Source: an uncultured delta proteobacterium
GTDB lineage: Bacteria > Myxococcota_A > Polyangia > Fen-1088
DNA length: 64,000 bases
NCBI GenBank assembly: GCA_963796685.1
Contig: CAWCMR010000014.1
Location: 1 to 64,000 of the forward strand
Direction: 5' to 3'
The notes under the pieces are model-generated. The model searched no databases, was not told the DNA's origin, and saw nothing but the letters and a program-made list of their open reading frames with translations. Position 1 is the stretch's first letter. Each line of letters starts with the position of its first letter. The position numbers were made by a program, and so were the translations under genes. Below, one piece after another: positions 52,694 through 61,431 of the stretch.

Positions 52694-53854
52694 ATGAGCA
52701 GCTTCAGCTTGCCAGCCGTGTTGCTGGCCGGGTTTCTGACCTTTCTCTCGCCTTGCGTGCTGCCCCTGGTTCCCATCTACCTGGCCACGCTGGCGGGAAC
52801 CTCCGCGACCGCGTTGCGCGAGGGCTCGCGCGGCAAGGGGCTGTTCGCGGCCACGCTGGCCTTTGCCCTCGGGCTTTCCGTCGTCTTCGTCATGCTGGGT
52901 CTGGCAGCGTCGGCAGTCGGCCGCACCCTGTCGGGCCATCGCGCCCTCGTTCTTCAGTTGTCCGGCCTCGCCATCTTCCTCGCCGGGCTCAAGCTCATGG
53001 GCTTCCTGCATATCCCCGGCCTCGATCGCGAGGCGCGTCCCTGGCTCAGCTCGGTTCGGCGTGGCGGCGGCCTTTTGTGGCCGTTCCTCTTTGGTGGCGC
53101 CTTTGCGCTCGGCTGGAGCCCCTGCGTGGGCCCGGTGCTCGGCGCGGTGCTGGCCTTCGCCGGCTCGACCGGCAGCCCGGCCAAGGGAGCGCTCTACCTG
53201 GCCACCTATGCAGCGGGACTCACCCTGCCCTTGATCGCCATATCGCTGATGGCGCCGTTCGCTTTGCGCCTGCTCGACCGGGCCAAGCGACACCTGCGCG
53301 GATTCGAGCTCGCCAGCGGAACCCTGCTGGCGGCGATGGGCCTGCTCTTCATCACGGGCCACGAGGCGGTGCTCATGGGCCACGCGGGCGCGGCGGTAGC
53401 TGCCCCGGCCGCGTCGCCCGTCGCCGCGGCGACGCCAACCGGCCCCGCCACCTGCAGCGCCGGCGTGGTGCAGGGCTCGCCGGAAACGGCCATCGTCTCG
53501 ACTTCAACGGCCGAAGCCCTCGACGGACCGACCATGCTGGAGTTCGTGGCCGCGGGATGCCCGATCTGCCAGCGCATGCACCCGGTCGTCGCCGCGGCCG
53601 AGCACGATTGCGCTCGGCACGGCATCCGCTTCCGCCAGATCGACGTGTCTGCGCCTGGCGGGCGCGCGGCCGCCGCCGAACGGGGCGTGCTGGGTGTGCC
53701 CACCTTCCTGTTCCTCGACAGCGCCCACAACGAGGTCGCGCGCCTGGTGGGCCAGCAACCCCAGGAGGTGCTCATCCAATCCCTCGAGGTCCTGGCCGGC
53801 CAGAAGTGCGATGGCTTCCGCCCGATCGGTGGCGTGCCCGCCTCGGGATCTTAG
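52694..53854 (+). CDS. ccdA: CcdA (DsbD TM domain) fused to thioredoxin
   Basis: SPCVLPLVP, WSPCVGPVL; C-terminal CPIC and GVPT (cis-Pro). Confidence 0.88.
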   Translation: MSSFSLPAVLLAGFLTFLSPCVLPLVPIYLATLAGTSATALREGSRGKGLFAATLAFALGLSVVFVMLGLAASAVGRTLSGHRALVLQLSGLAIFLAGLKLMGFLHIPGLDREARPWLSSVRRGGGLLWPFLFGGAFALGWSPCVGPVLGAVLAFAGSTGSPAKGALYLATYAAGLTLPLIAISLMAPFALRLLDRAKRHLRGFELASGTLLAAMGLLFITGHEAVLMGHAGAAVAAPAASPVAAATPTGPATCSAGVVQGSPETAIVSTSTAEALDGPTMLEFVAAGCPICQRMHPVVAAAEHDCARHGIRFRQIDVSAPGGRAAAAERGVLGVPTFLFLDSAHNEVARLVGQQPQEVLIQSLEVLAGQKCDGFRPIGGVPASGS

Positions 53855-53920
53855 GTTCCTTTTCCGACCAGCCTGGCCTGGTCGCACCGTGAGCGTGGCC
53901 GCGGCCTGCGCGTCCAGAAT

Positions 53921-53966
<46 letters not shown>

Positions 53967-54196
53967 GTCTACGACCACCCTTCATTGCTCTGCCGGACCG
54001 GCGCCTTTGGCTTGGAAAGTGGGCCCCAGGATTTGCTACGGGATTGCGGGGCACGCTGGTCGGCTCACGTTCGCTCGGGAGCAGGTTCGAAGAGGTCGCG
54101 GCTTCGTTGCGTCAACTTCTGCCGCATCCCTTCCTCCCTTCTTCCCTTCCTCCCTTCCTCATATTTTTCCGTTCCGCATTGCATCCCGGGTTGGCA

Positions 54197-54490
54197 ATGC
54201 GCGTGACGTGCCTGCTCTACTCCGGTTTGGCCGAAAGCTGCTGCTCGCTGTCCTGCGGCGAGGCCTTGGATCTCGCCGCCCCGACGACGGGCGAGGTCTT
54301 CGTGGACCTCGGCTCCGGCCGGGGCCAGGACGTGCTCCGCGCCGCTGGCCGGGTGGGGTCGTCGGCACGGCCATCGGCATCGATCGCACCCGGCCATGAT
54401 CGACAAAGCACGCGCCGCCGTGCCGCCGTTTTTGGCCAAAGTGAATTTCCTGTGTCGCGACTTGGCCGCCCTCGGCATCGAAGATGCCTG
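54197..54490 (+). pseudogene. Truncated, frameshifted SAM-dependent methyltransferase (ArsM/UbiE-like)
   Basis: LSCGEAL..GEVFVDLGSGRGQDV (motif I); AIGIDRT and MIDKAR..NF..DLAALGIEDA lie in shifted frames; the rest of the fold is missing. Confidence 0.75.
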
Positions 54491-55350
54491 CTCGCGCCCC
54501 TGCCGACTGGCGCAGCCGAAGAAGTCGTAGTTGCGACCGATCTGGGTCTTGAAGGCGGACTCTGGCAGTCCGAGCCACCCCCGCTGCTCCGCCAGGGCCG
54601 CCAGCTCGGGCAGCGCGGCCAGGTTCTCGCGGTCGACCACCACGCGGAGGTTGACCGGGATGCCCGCGGCCACCAGCGTGTCGATGCCCCGAGCGATGCG
54701 GTCGAAGGTTCCGGCCCCGCTGGCCAGCGGACGTCGCTGGTCGTGCATCGCCGGTGGGCCGTCGAGCGTGACCTGCACCTCTCGGATGGCCGGGCGCGAG
54801 AGCACTGGCAAGTATTCCAGGATGGCGTAGCCGTTGGTGACGACCGCGACCCGCAGCGCACGCTCCTCGGCGGCGCCAACGATGCGTTCGATGCGGTCGT
54901 GGCTGGCGGCCGCGTCGACCAGAGGCTCGCCGCCGAACAGGGTCAGGTACGGACGCGGGGTTTCATCCCCGTGAAAACGATCGATGTAGGCGAAGAGGGC
55001 CGGGATCGTCTCGGGCGAGATCAGCCCACCCGCCGTCGATACGAACGGCTCCTGATAGCAGTACACACAGCGCAGGTTGCAGCCGAAGGTCGGCACCACC
55101 ACGAGCTGCGTCTCGGTCTTGTCGAGCTCCTCGAGATAGGTCGCGTACGCCTCCGCCACCAGCGCCCTTTCGTCCTCGGCCGATTCCACCGCGAAGCCTC
55201 CCGCGCGCAGCTCCGCCAACGGAAGCAGGTGAGGCAACGGCTCGTCGGGGGCAAGCTGACGCACGACGCGCGCCTCTTTGCCCGCCAGCACCGCGACCTG
55301 ACCGGAGAGCGGCTGGACGAGCAAGGTCGGGTGTTGCGCGACAGACGCAT
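54487..55350 (-). pseudogene. Truncated radical SAM protein (SPASM/anSME-type core, C-terminus missing)
   Basis: CNLRCVYC, FGGEPL, VTNG, QVTLDG..HDQRR..GTFDRI. AAGGAG RBS with ATG at 55350 is out of frame with the body; no SPASM cysteines follow. Confidence 0.78.
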
Positions 55351-55515
55351 GTGGATCTCCTTGTGAGCCACCAAACGCGAAAAGGATTCTCTCCGAGCTC
55401 GGCCAGGGTGCAGTCTAGCCCCGATGCTGTTCGGACAGAGGGAAAGACAGCGCGCCCACCGGTTCTGCCAGTGTTATGCTGTCGCCTTCTCATGATCTAC
55501 CGCTACGACAATGCC

Positions 55516-55724
55516 ATGCAAACCCGCTGGGATCACGGCGAGCTCAGGGTTCAGGCTGAATCTGTCCAACAATCCGCGCCCGATGGGGTTCTGCGACGGA
55601 AGCCCCGAAGATGTCGCCGAGCTGCCTCCTCATCGCCGAGGCCGAGGGCGCCGATGACGTGAAGATCCAAAAGAAGCACCTCAAGAGCGGACGCGAGGTC
55701 TGGACCCTGGGTGGATCGGCCTGA
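55516..55724 (+). CDS. Small hypothetical protein (about 68 aa) interrupted by two +1 frameshifts
   Basis: Removing one G (TGGGATC) and one C (CTGCCTC) gives MQTRWITASSGFRLNLSNNPRPMGFCDGSPEDVAELLLIAEAEGADDVKIQKKHLKSGREVWTLGGSA*. Confidence 0.55.
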
Positions 55725-55743
55725 TCGGGGGGACACGCACTTC

Positions 55744-55836
55744 TGCGGAGATGGCATTCCCGATGGCGAATTTGGCGAGGCCTGCGACCTCGGGGACCTC
55801 AATGGCACGCCGGATCAGCGTTGCAACCAGGACTGT
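55744..55836 (+). pseudogene. Isolated Myxococcus cysteine-rich repeat (DUF4215-like) fragment
   Basis: CGDGIPDGEFGEACDLGDLNGTPDQRCNQDC in ORF 55711..55923, with no signal peptide or clear start. Confidence 0.6.
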
Positions 55837-55877
55837 CAGATCGTCGGGGAGGCGCCTCTCCTTTGCGTCCTCGGTGT

Positions 55878-56799
55878 CTACTCTTTTCCAGCGAGGCGTA
55901 GCCGCCGTCGAAGCGCCGCATAGACAATGGCCGCCACCGCGATCAGCGCGAGCGACGTCGCCTGGGCGGTCGAGAGGAAGAGCGGCTCGCCGGGCGAAAG
56001 GCCGAGCAGACGGGCGAGGGCCGGAACGCGAGCCTCGAAGAGAAAGCCGCGCACATCGTCGTCGCGGAAGATCTCGACCGCGAAACGGAGGATGCCATAG
56101 GCGAAGGCGTAGCCGAGGGCGATCGCACCAGGGAACTTGCGACGCTTCCACATCCAGAGCAGGCCGATGAAGATGAGAAGCTCGCCAGCGGATTCGTAGA
56201 GCTGGGTGGTGCACGCCGGGCGTGCAGGGGGCGCCGACCATGATCGCCCGACGCGTGAGATACTCCGAGTAGGCCACGCTGTCGGGCGGAAAGTGGATAC
56301 CACCGACCCACGGTTTGCCGTAGCAGCACCCGACCATGAAGCAGCCCAGCCGACCGAAGACGTGGGCGATGCTGACCGATGGGGCGAGCACGTCGGCGAC
56401 ATCGCCGAGCCCAAGGCCATTGCGACGGGCGTAGAGCAGCATCACCACGGCCGAAAGAACGGCGCCACCAAGAAAGACAAGTCCGCCTTGCCAAAATCGC
56501 AGCGGTGCCGTGCAGTCCTGGAGCTTCTGGCCGAACGAGCGCGGCAGGCCGACGCCGGCGCACAGGCGCGCGTATTCGCCCGCATGCATGAGGACATACA
56601 GCAGACGCGCGCCCACCAGACCGACCAGGACGGAATAGAAGGTCAAATCCAGGGTGGTCGCGGTTTCGATGCCCACGCTGCGCCCGCGGCGAAGCGAAAC
56701 CGCCACCCCGACCACGATCCCGATGGCGATGAGGAATCCGTAGGAATGAACGGGGAAGGCGTGCGCGCCCGAACCGATGGTGAAGAGCGTGGGCCTCAT
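55878..56799 (-). CDS. lgt: Prolipoprotein diacylglyceryl transferase, paralog 2 (frameshift near 56210)
   Basis: MRPTLF..SYG, GARLLYV, GGLVFLGG, GRLGCFMVGCCYG. The [HP]TQLYE..LRFAVEIFR part continues in frame 55878..56420; about 2 C are missing. Confidence 0.85.
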
Positions 56800-57764
56800 G
56801 GGGCAGCGACCGGCGCGGAGCCGACGTCCGCGCGATGGCGAACCAGCACGTAGATGCCGAGCGCGACGAGCGGCAACGAGATGATCTGCGAGGTCGACAG
56901 CCATCCGAACAGCACACCGCGATCGTCGTCGCGCCAGATCTCGACGAAGGAGCGAACCAGACCATAGAGGATGAGCAGCCACGCGAAGATCTGTCCGTCG
57001 AAGCGTTTGCCCCGGCGGATGACGAAGTACAGGATTGCGAAGACGGCGAGGTTGAGCAGCGAGAGATAGATTTCCGTCGGATGTACGGGCAGGGCGGGGG
57101 CATGGTCGCCGATGAGGTGGGCGTCGTGTTGCGCCTCCCAGGCCGGGCTGCCCATGGGGAAGCGAACCGCCCACGGCACGTGCGTGATTTTGCCGTAGCA
57201 GCAGCCGTTGAGGAAGCAACCCATGCGCGATACGGCCAGGCCGAAGGCGATCCACGGCGCGCACAGATCCGCGACTTTCCACATGCCCATGTGGTGCTTG
57301 CGCGCGAAGTAAAGGCCAAACGCCGTGGCGAAGATGAAGCCGCCGTAGTACGCGAGCCCGCCGCGCCAGACCTCGAGCATGGCGAAGCAATCGCGCGGCG
57401 GATGGCAGGTGTGGTCGGCGAGATTGCACACATAGTCCCAGCCGCATTCGCTGCTGGCGTTGCAGAAGCTGACCTTGGCCTCGGTGGCGCGGACCTTGAA
57501 GTTGTCGACGCACAGGTTGACATAGTCGTGGAAGTGTCCGTCGGCGATGACGTGCAACACGCGCGCGCCCACGATGGCCCAGATCACGATGTAGATATTG
57601 AGGTCGAGCACGCGCTCGCGGTCGAGACCCAGGCGCGGCGCCTCGCGGTAGGTCATCCACGCGCCGATGATGAAGCTCAGCGACAGCATGACGAAATACG
57701 ACGGCAGATCGAGATGCCCGAGGAGCGGGATGTCGATGCCGAAATCGATTAGAACAGGGCGCAT
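56796..57764 (-). CDS. lgt: Prolipoprotein diacylglyceryl transferase, paralog 1 (Cys-rich loop)
   Basis: GARVLHV, GGLAYYGG, RMGCFLNGCCYG, VHPTEIY, RSFVEIWR, STSQIIS. Confidence 0.9.
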   Translation of the reverse strand: MRPVLIDFGIDIPLLGHLDLPSYFVMLSLSFIIGAWMTYREAPRLGLDRERVLDLNIYIVIWAIVGARVLHVIADGHFHDYVNLCVDNFKVRATEAKVSFCNASSECGWDYVCNLADHTCHPPRDCFAMLEVWRGGLAYYGGFIFATAFGLYFARKHHMGMWKVADLCAPWIAFGLAVSRMGCFLNGCCYGKITHVPWAVRFPMGSPAWEAQHDAHLIGDHAPALPVHPTEIYLSLLNLAVFAILYFVIRRGKRFDGQIFAWLLILYGLVRSFVEIWRDDDRGVLFGWLSTSQIISLPLVALGIYVLVRHRADVGSAPVAAP

Positions 57765-57836
57765 GGTCTAGAGCACCGAACGGGTTGAAAGTGCCGAGAA
57801 GTCAGCGAGTTTCTAGGCACGTGCGCCCTCCAATCC

Positions 57837-57949
57837 CCTCGCCCCGCGCAGCGGGGAGAGGGCTAGGGGCCAGCGCGCTCTCTTGCATGGCCGAACCCCT
57901 CACCCGACGCGCTCCGCGCGTCGACCTCTCCCCGCTTCGCGGGGCGAGG
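57837..57949. repeat. REP-like double-hairpin palindromic element
   Basis: CCTCGCCCCGC-GCA-GCGGGGAGAGG ... CCTCTCCCCGC-TTC-GCGGGGCGAGG between lspA and lgt. Confidence 0.75.
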
Positions 57950-57976
57950 TGAATCTTTCGAGCAAGCATCCAGCGC

Positions 57977-58519
57977 CTAGCTTTCTTTGCTGCTCGCCGG
58001 TCCGGGCGCGTGGGCCGAATGCCCACGTTTGTCGAGGAGCATGTCGAGCGCCATGAGCGCGACGCCCACCACCAGGGCCGCGTCCGCGATGTTGAAGGCC
58101 GGCCACTCGTGCGTGCCCACCTTCCACACGATGAAGTCGGTCACGCGACCATAGGCGATGCGGTCGATCAGGTTTCCGATAGCGCCCCCGGCGACCAGCC
58201 CCAGGGCCAGGTGCAGGCGGAACTGACGAGGATTGCTGCGCACGAGATAGTAGCCGACGAGCAGCAAGGCCGCCAGGGCAACCACGGTGAGCCAGATGCG
58301 CCCGCCCGGCAGTTTCTGGAACATGCCGAAGGCCACACCGGTGTTCTCGGAATAGCGCAGATCGAAGTAGTTGGGGATGATGACCTTGCTCTTCCATGGT
58401 CCGAGCGGTTGCAGATCGGTCCGCGCCAGGACCTTGGTCCACTGGTCGAGGACCAACGAAACCACGGCGGAGATGCCGAAAAGCAGGTTACGGGTCTTGG
58501 TCGATATTTGCTCGGTCAT
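57977..58519 (-). CDS. lspA: Lipoprotein signal peptidase II
   Basis: DQWTK, NTGVAFG, GGAIGNLIDR, VTDF, FNIAD. Confidence 0.95.
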   Translation of the reverse strand: MTEQISTKTRNLLFGISAVVSLVLDQWTKVLARTDLQPLGPWKSKVIIPNYFDLRYSENTGVAFGMFQKLPGGRIWLTVVALAALLLVGYYLVRSNPRQFRLHLALGLVAGGAIGNLIDRIAYGRVTDFIVWKVGTHEWPAFNIADAALVVGVALMALDMLLDKRGHSAHAPGPASSKES

Positions 58520-61377
58520 GAGAGTTTCAATGAGCTGACCACGGATGCGCAGCGGATGCAAAGGTTGGGTTCCTGGGCATGGCCCGAGGCAGCCCCGGTG
58601 CGGCGCCAGCAACGCGGGCATTCGGGCAAGGGGGCTTCGGACACCGCGACCTCGGTGGCCGGCGCGTCGCCGGCCGCGAGGGTGATGCTCGACACCTCGC
58701 ACAGCTCGGTGAGGTGCGCCAGGTTCTTTCTCCACGCATCCCGGTCGGCCGCGGCCGGTGTCACCGTGACGCTCGCATGCAGCGCCTTGTGTCCGGCGGC
58801 GCGGAAGGCCTCCAGCTTGGCCAGCACGGCCTCGCGCAGCGGACGAAGCTCCGTCTCCCAGCGCGGTCGCGGCGGCATGGTCGCTACCGGCCACACTTGG
58901 CCGTGCACGTCGAAGGTCGCACCGGTCAGTCGAGCCAGCTCGTCGGCCACGTCCTGGGCCGAGAAGCACAGGATGGGCGCCATCCAGGTGGCCACGGTTC
59001 TGACCATTTCGTAGAGCGCCGTCTGCACGCTTCGCCGGTCGGGCGAATTCGCCGCCTCGCAGTAGAGCGCGTCCTTGATCGGTCCCAGGTATTCGGCCGA
59101 CACGGTGATCAGATAGTCGACCATCAAGCGCACGGCATCGTGGAAGCTGTAGCGTTCGAAGGCGTCGCGAACTTGGGCATTGCGTTCGCGCAGGACTGCC
59201 AGCGCCAGGCGATCCAGCTCGCGCAGGTTCTCGTCGGGCAGAAGATCGCGAGCCGGCACGAAGTCGTACAGGTTGGAGAGCGAGAAGCGGCAGGTGTTGC
59301 GGATCTTGCGGTACGACTCACCAAGCTGGTCGAGGATGGTCTTGGAGAACACCACGTCCGACTGGTAGTCGGCCGCGGCAACCCACAGGCGCAGCAGCTC
59401 GGCGCCGTTCTTTTCCATCCACACGCTGGGCTCGACGTAGTCGGTCTTGACGCCCGCCGCGCGCGTCTTCTCGATCTCGGATTTCGAATAGACCTTGCCG
59501 CGCTCGTCGAGCACCCAGCCGTGGGTGAGCACCGCCTTGTAGGGTGCGGATTCGCGCGCCGCGACCGCGGCCAGCAGGGACGAATGGAACCAGCCGCGGT
59601 GTTGATCCGCGCCTTCGAGATAGAGATCGACCTTGCTGCCCTTGGGCACGAGCTTTCCGTCCGCCACCGCGGCCCACGACACGCCGGACTCGAACCAGAC
59701 ATCGACGATGTCGTGGGTCTTGTCGAGGTCGGTGCCGTGGCAGCGCGGGCAGGCCGTGCCCGCGGGGACAAGCTCGCCCACCGGTCGGGCAAACCAGGCG
59801 GCCGATCCTTCGCTGGCGAAGAGCTTTGCCACGTGTTCCATGGCGCCGGCTTCCAGGAAGGGCTCGTCGCACTGCTTGCACAGATAGGCCGGGATGGGCA
59901 CGCCCCACACGCGCTGGCGCGACAGGCACCAGTCCGGCCGCACCTCGATCATGCCGCGGATGCGGTCGCGGCCCCAGGCCGGGATCCACTGCGTGCGATC
60001 GATTTCGTCGAGCGCCTGCTGCCGTAGGCTCGTCTTGTCGCCCAGGTCGCCGAGACGCGCGAACCATTGGCTGGTGGCGCGAAAGAGCACGGGATGCTTG
60101 CAGCGCCAGCAGTGCGGGTACTGGTGCCTGATCTGCTCGCCCGGCTTGTTGAGCAGGAAGCCGGTTTCTGCCAAGTGGGCGACGATCTTCGGGTTGGCCT
60201 CGAAGACCTGCATGCCGGCCCAGTTGGGAACTTCGGCGGTGTAGCGGCCCATGCCGTCGACGGGTGCGTACACTTCCAGTCCTTCGCTGCGGCCGACCGC
60301 GTAGTCGTCGGCGCCGTGGCCGGGCGCGGTGTGCACGAGGCCCGTGCCCGCGTCGAGCGTCGCGTGCGAGGCAAAGGTCAGGCGGAAGTCCTTGTCCGAC
60401 TTGGGCGTGGCGATGAAGGGATGTTGGTAGCGCAGGCCGCGCAGCGAGCGCAGCTTGTCGCCGGCAAGCTCGATCCAGGTTTCCCTCGCACCCGTCTTCA
60501 GCTCGCACGCCGCGATGAACCCATCGGCCAGCTCGCGCGCCACGATCAGGTACTCGCGTGCCTGGCCTGGCCGCTCGGTCGGAATCGCCACGTACGCCAG
60601 CGTCGGGTTGGCCACGATGGCCAGATTCGCGGCGAGCGTCCAGGGCGTCGTGGTCCAGATGACCAATGCGGCAGGCGCGTCGCCCAGGATTGCTTGCAGC
60701 GCCGGCTGGCCGGGAACGACCGGGAAGCGCACGAAGATCGACGGCGAGGCATGATCGGCGTATTCCACCTCGGCCTCGGCCAGCGCGGTCTGGTGCGTGG
60801 TGCACCAGTGCACCGGGCGCTTGGCCCGGTAGAGCAGCCCCTTCTTGGCGAAGGCCGCCATCACGCGCACGATGGTGGCTTCGTACTCCTTGTTCAGCGT
60901 GAGGTACGGCTCGTCCCAGGTGCCGAAGCAGCCCAGCCGCCGGAAATCGGCGCGCATGACGTCCACGAACTTGCGCGCGTGCGCCTCGCACTTCTGGCGA
61001 AAATCGCGCGTGTCCTGTTTGGCCTTGGCCCCGAACTGCTTTTCCACCTGCTGTTCGATGGGCAACCCGTGGCAGTCCCAGCCCGGCACGAAGCGGGCCG
61101 CCTTGCCCATGAGCAGGCGCGAGCGGACGATGATGTCCTTGAGCACCTTGTTCAGCAGGGTGCCGTAGTGAATGCCGCCGGTCGGGTAGGGCGGTCCGTC
61201 GTGCAGCACGTAGGGCTCGGCCTTGGCGGCCTCGCGCGCGGCCAGCACCGTCTCGTACTGTTTCCCGTCGGCCCAGCGCGCGAGCCACAGCGGCTCGCGG
61301 CGGGCCAGGTCGGCGCGCATGGGGAATTCGGTCTTGGGCAGGTTGAGAGTGTTTTTCCAGTCCACGAGGGCGCGCAT
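58516..61377 (-). CDS. ileS: Isoleucine--tRNA ligase (type 1, C-terminal Zn finger)
   Basis: TLNLPKTEFPMRA, LHDGPPY, PGWDCHGLPIE, WTTTPWT, GTGLVHTAPGHG, DWCLSRQR, EGADQHRGWF, CPRC..CIRC. Start is ATG 61377 or GTG 61365. Confidence 0.96.
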   Translation of the reverse strand: MRALVDWKNTLNLPKTEFPMRADLARREPLWLARWADGKQYETVLAAREAAKAEPYVLHDGPPYPTGGIHYGTLLNKVLKDIIVRSRLLMGKAARFVPGWDCHGLPIEQQVEKQFGAKAKQDTRDFRQKCEAHARKFVDVMRADFRRLGCFGTWDEPYLTLNKEYEATIVRVMAAFAKKGLLYRAKRPVHWCTTHQTALAEAEVEYADHASPSIFVRFPVVPGQPALQAILGDAPAALVIWTTTPWTLAANLAIVANPTLAYVAIPTERPGQAREYLIVARELADGFIAACELKTGARETWIELAGDKLRSLRGLRYQHPFIATPKSDKDFRLTFASHATLDAGTGLVHTAPGHGADDYAVGRSEGLEVYAPVDGMGRYTAEVPNWAGMQVFEANPKIVAHLAETGFLLNKPGEQIRHQYPHCWRCKHPVLFRATSQWFARLGDLGDKTSLRQQALDEIDRTQWIPAWGRDRIRGMIEVRPDWCLSRQRVWGVPIPAYLCKQCDEPFLEAGAMEHVAKLFASEGSAAWFARPVGELVPAGTACPRCHGTDLDKTHDIVDVWFESGVSWAAVADGKLVPKGSKVDLYLEGADQHRGWFHSSLLAAVAARESAPYKAVLTHGWVLDERGKVYSKSEIEKTRAAGVKTDYVEPSVWMEKNGAELLRLWVAAADYQSDVVFSKTILDQLGESYRKIRNTCRFSLSNLYDFVPARDLLPDENLRELDRLALAVLRERNAQVRDAFERYSFHDAVRLMVDYLITVSAEYLGPIKDALYCEAANSPDRRSVQTALYEMVRTVATWMAPILCFSAQDVADELARLTGATFDVHGQVWPVATMPPRPRWETELRPLREAVLAKLEAFRAAGHKALHASVTVTPAAADRDAWRKNLAHLTELCEVSSITLAAGDAPATEVAVSEAPLPECPRCWRRTGAASGHAQEPNLCIRCASVVSSLKLS

Positions 61378-61431
61378 ACTAGCAGATGGCGCGGGCATGG
61401 TCCGCTCGTTGAAGGATTGGCGAGCTTTGCG

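Noticed and set aside
54125-54170. Pyrimidine-rich CCCTTCCT/CCCTTCTT repeats
   Set aside because: Short low-complexity tract with no partner or structure I can support.
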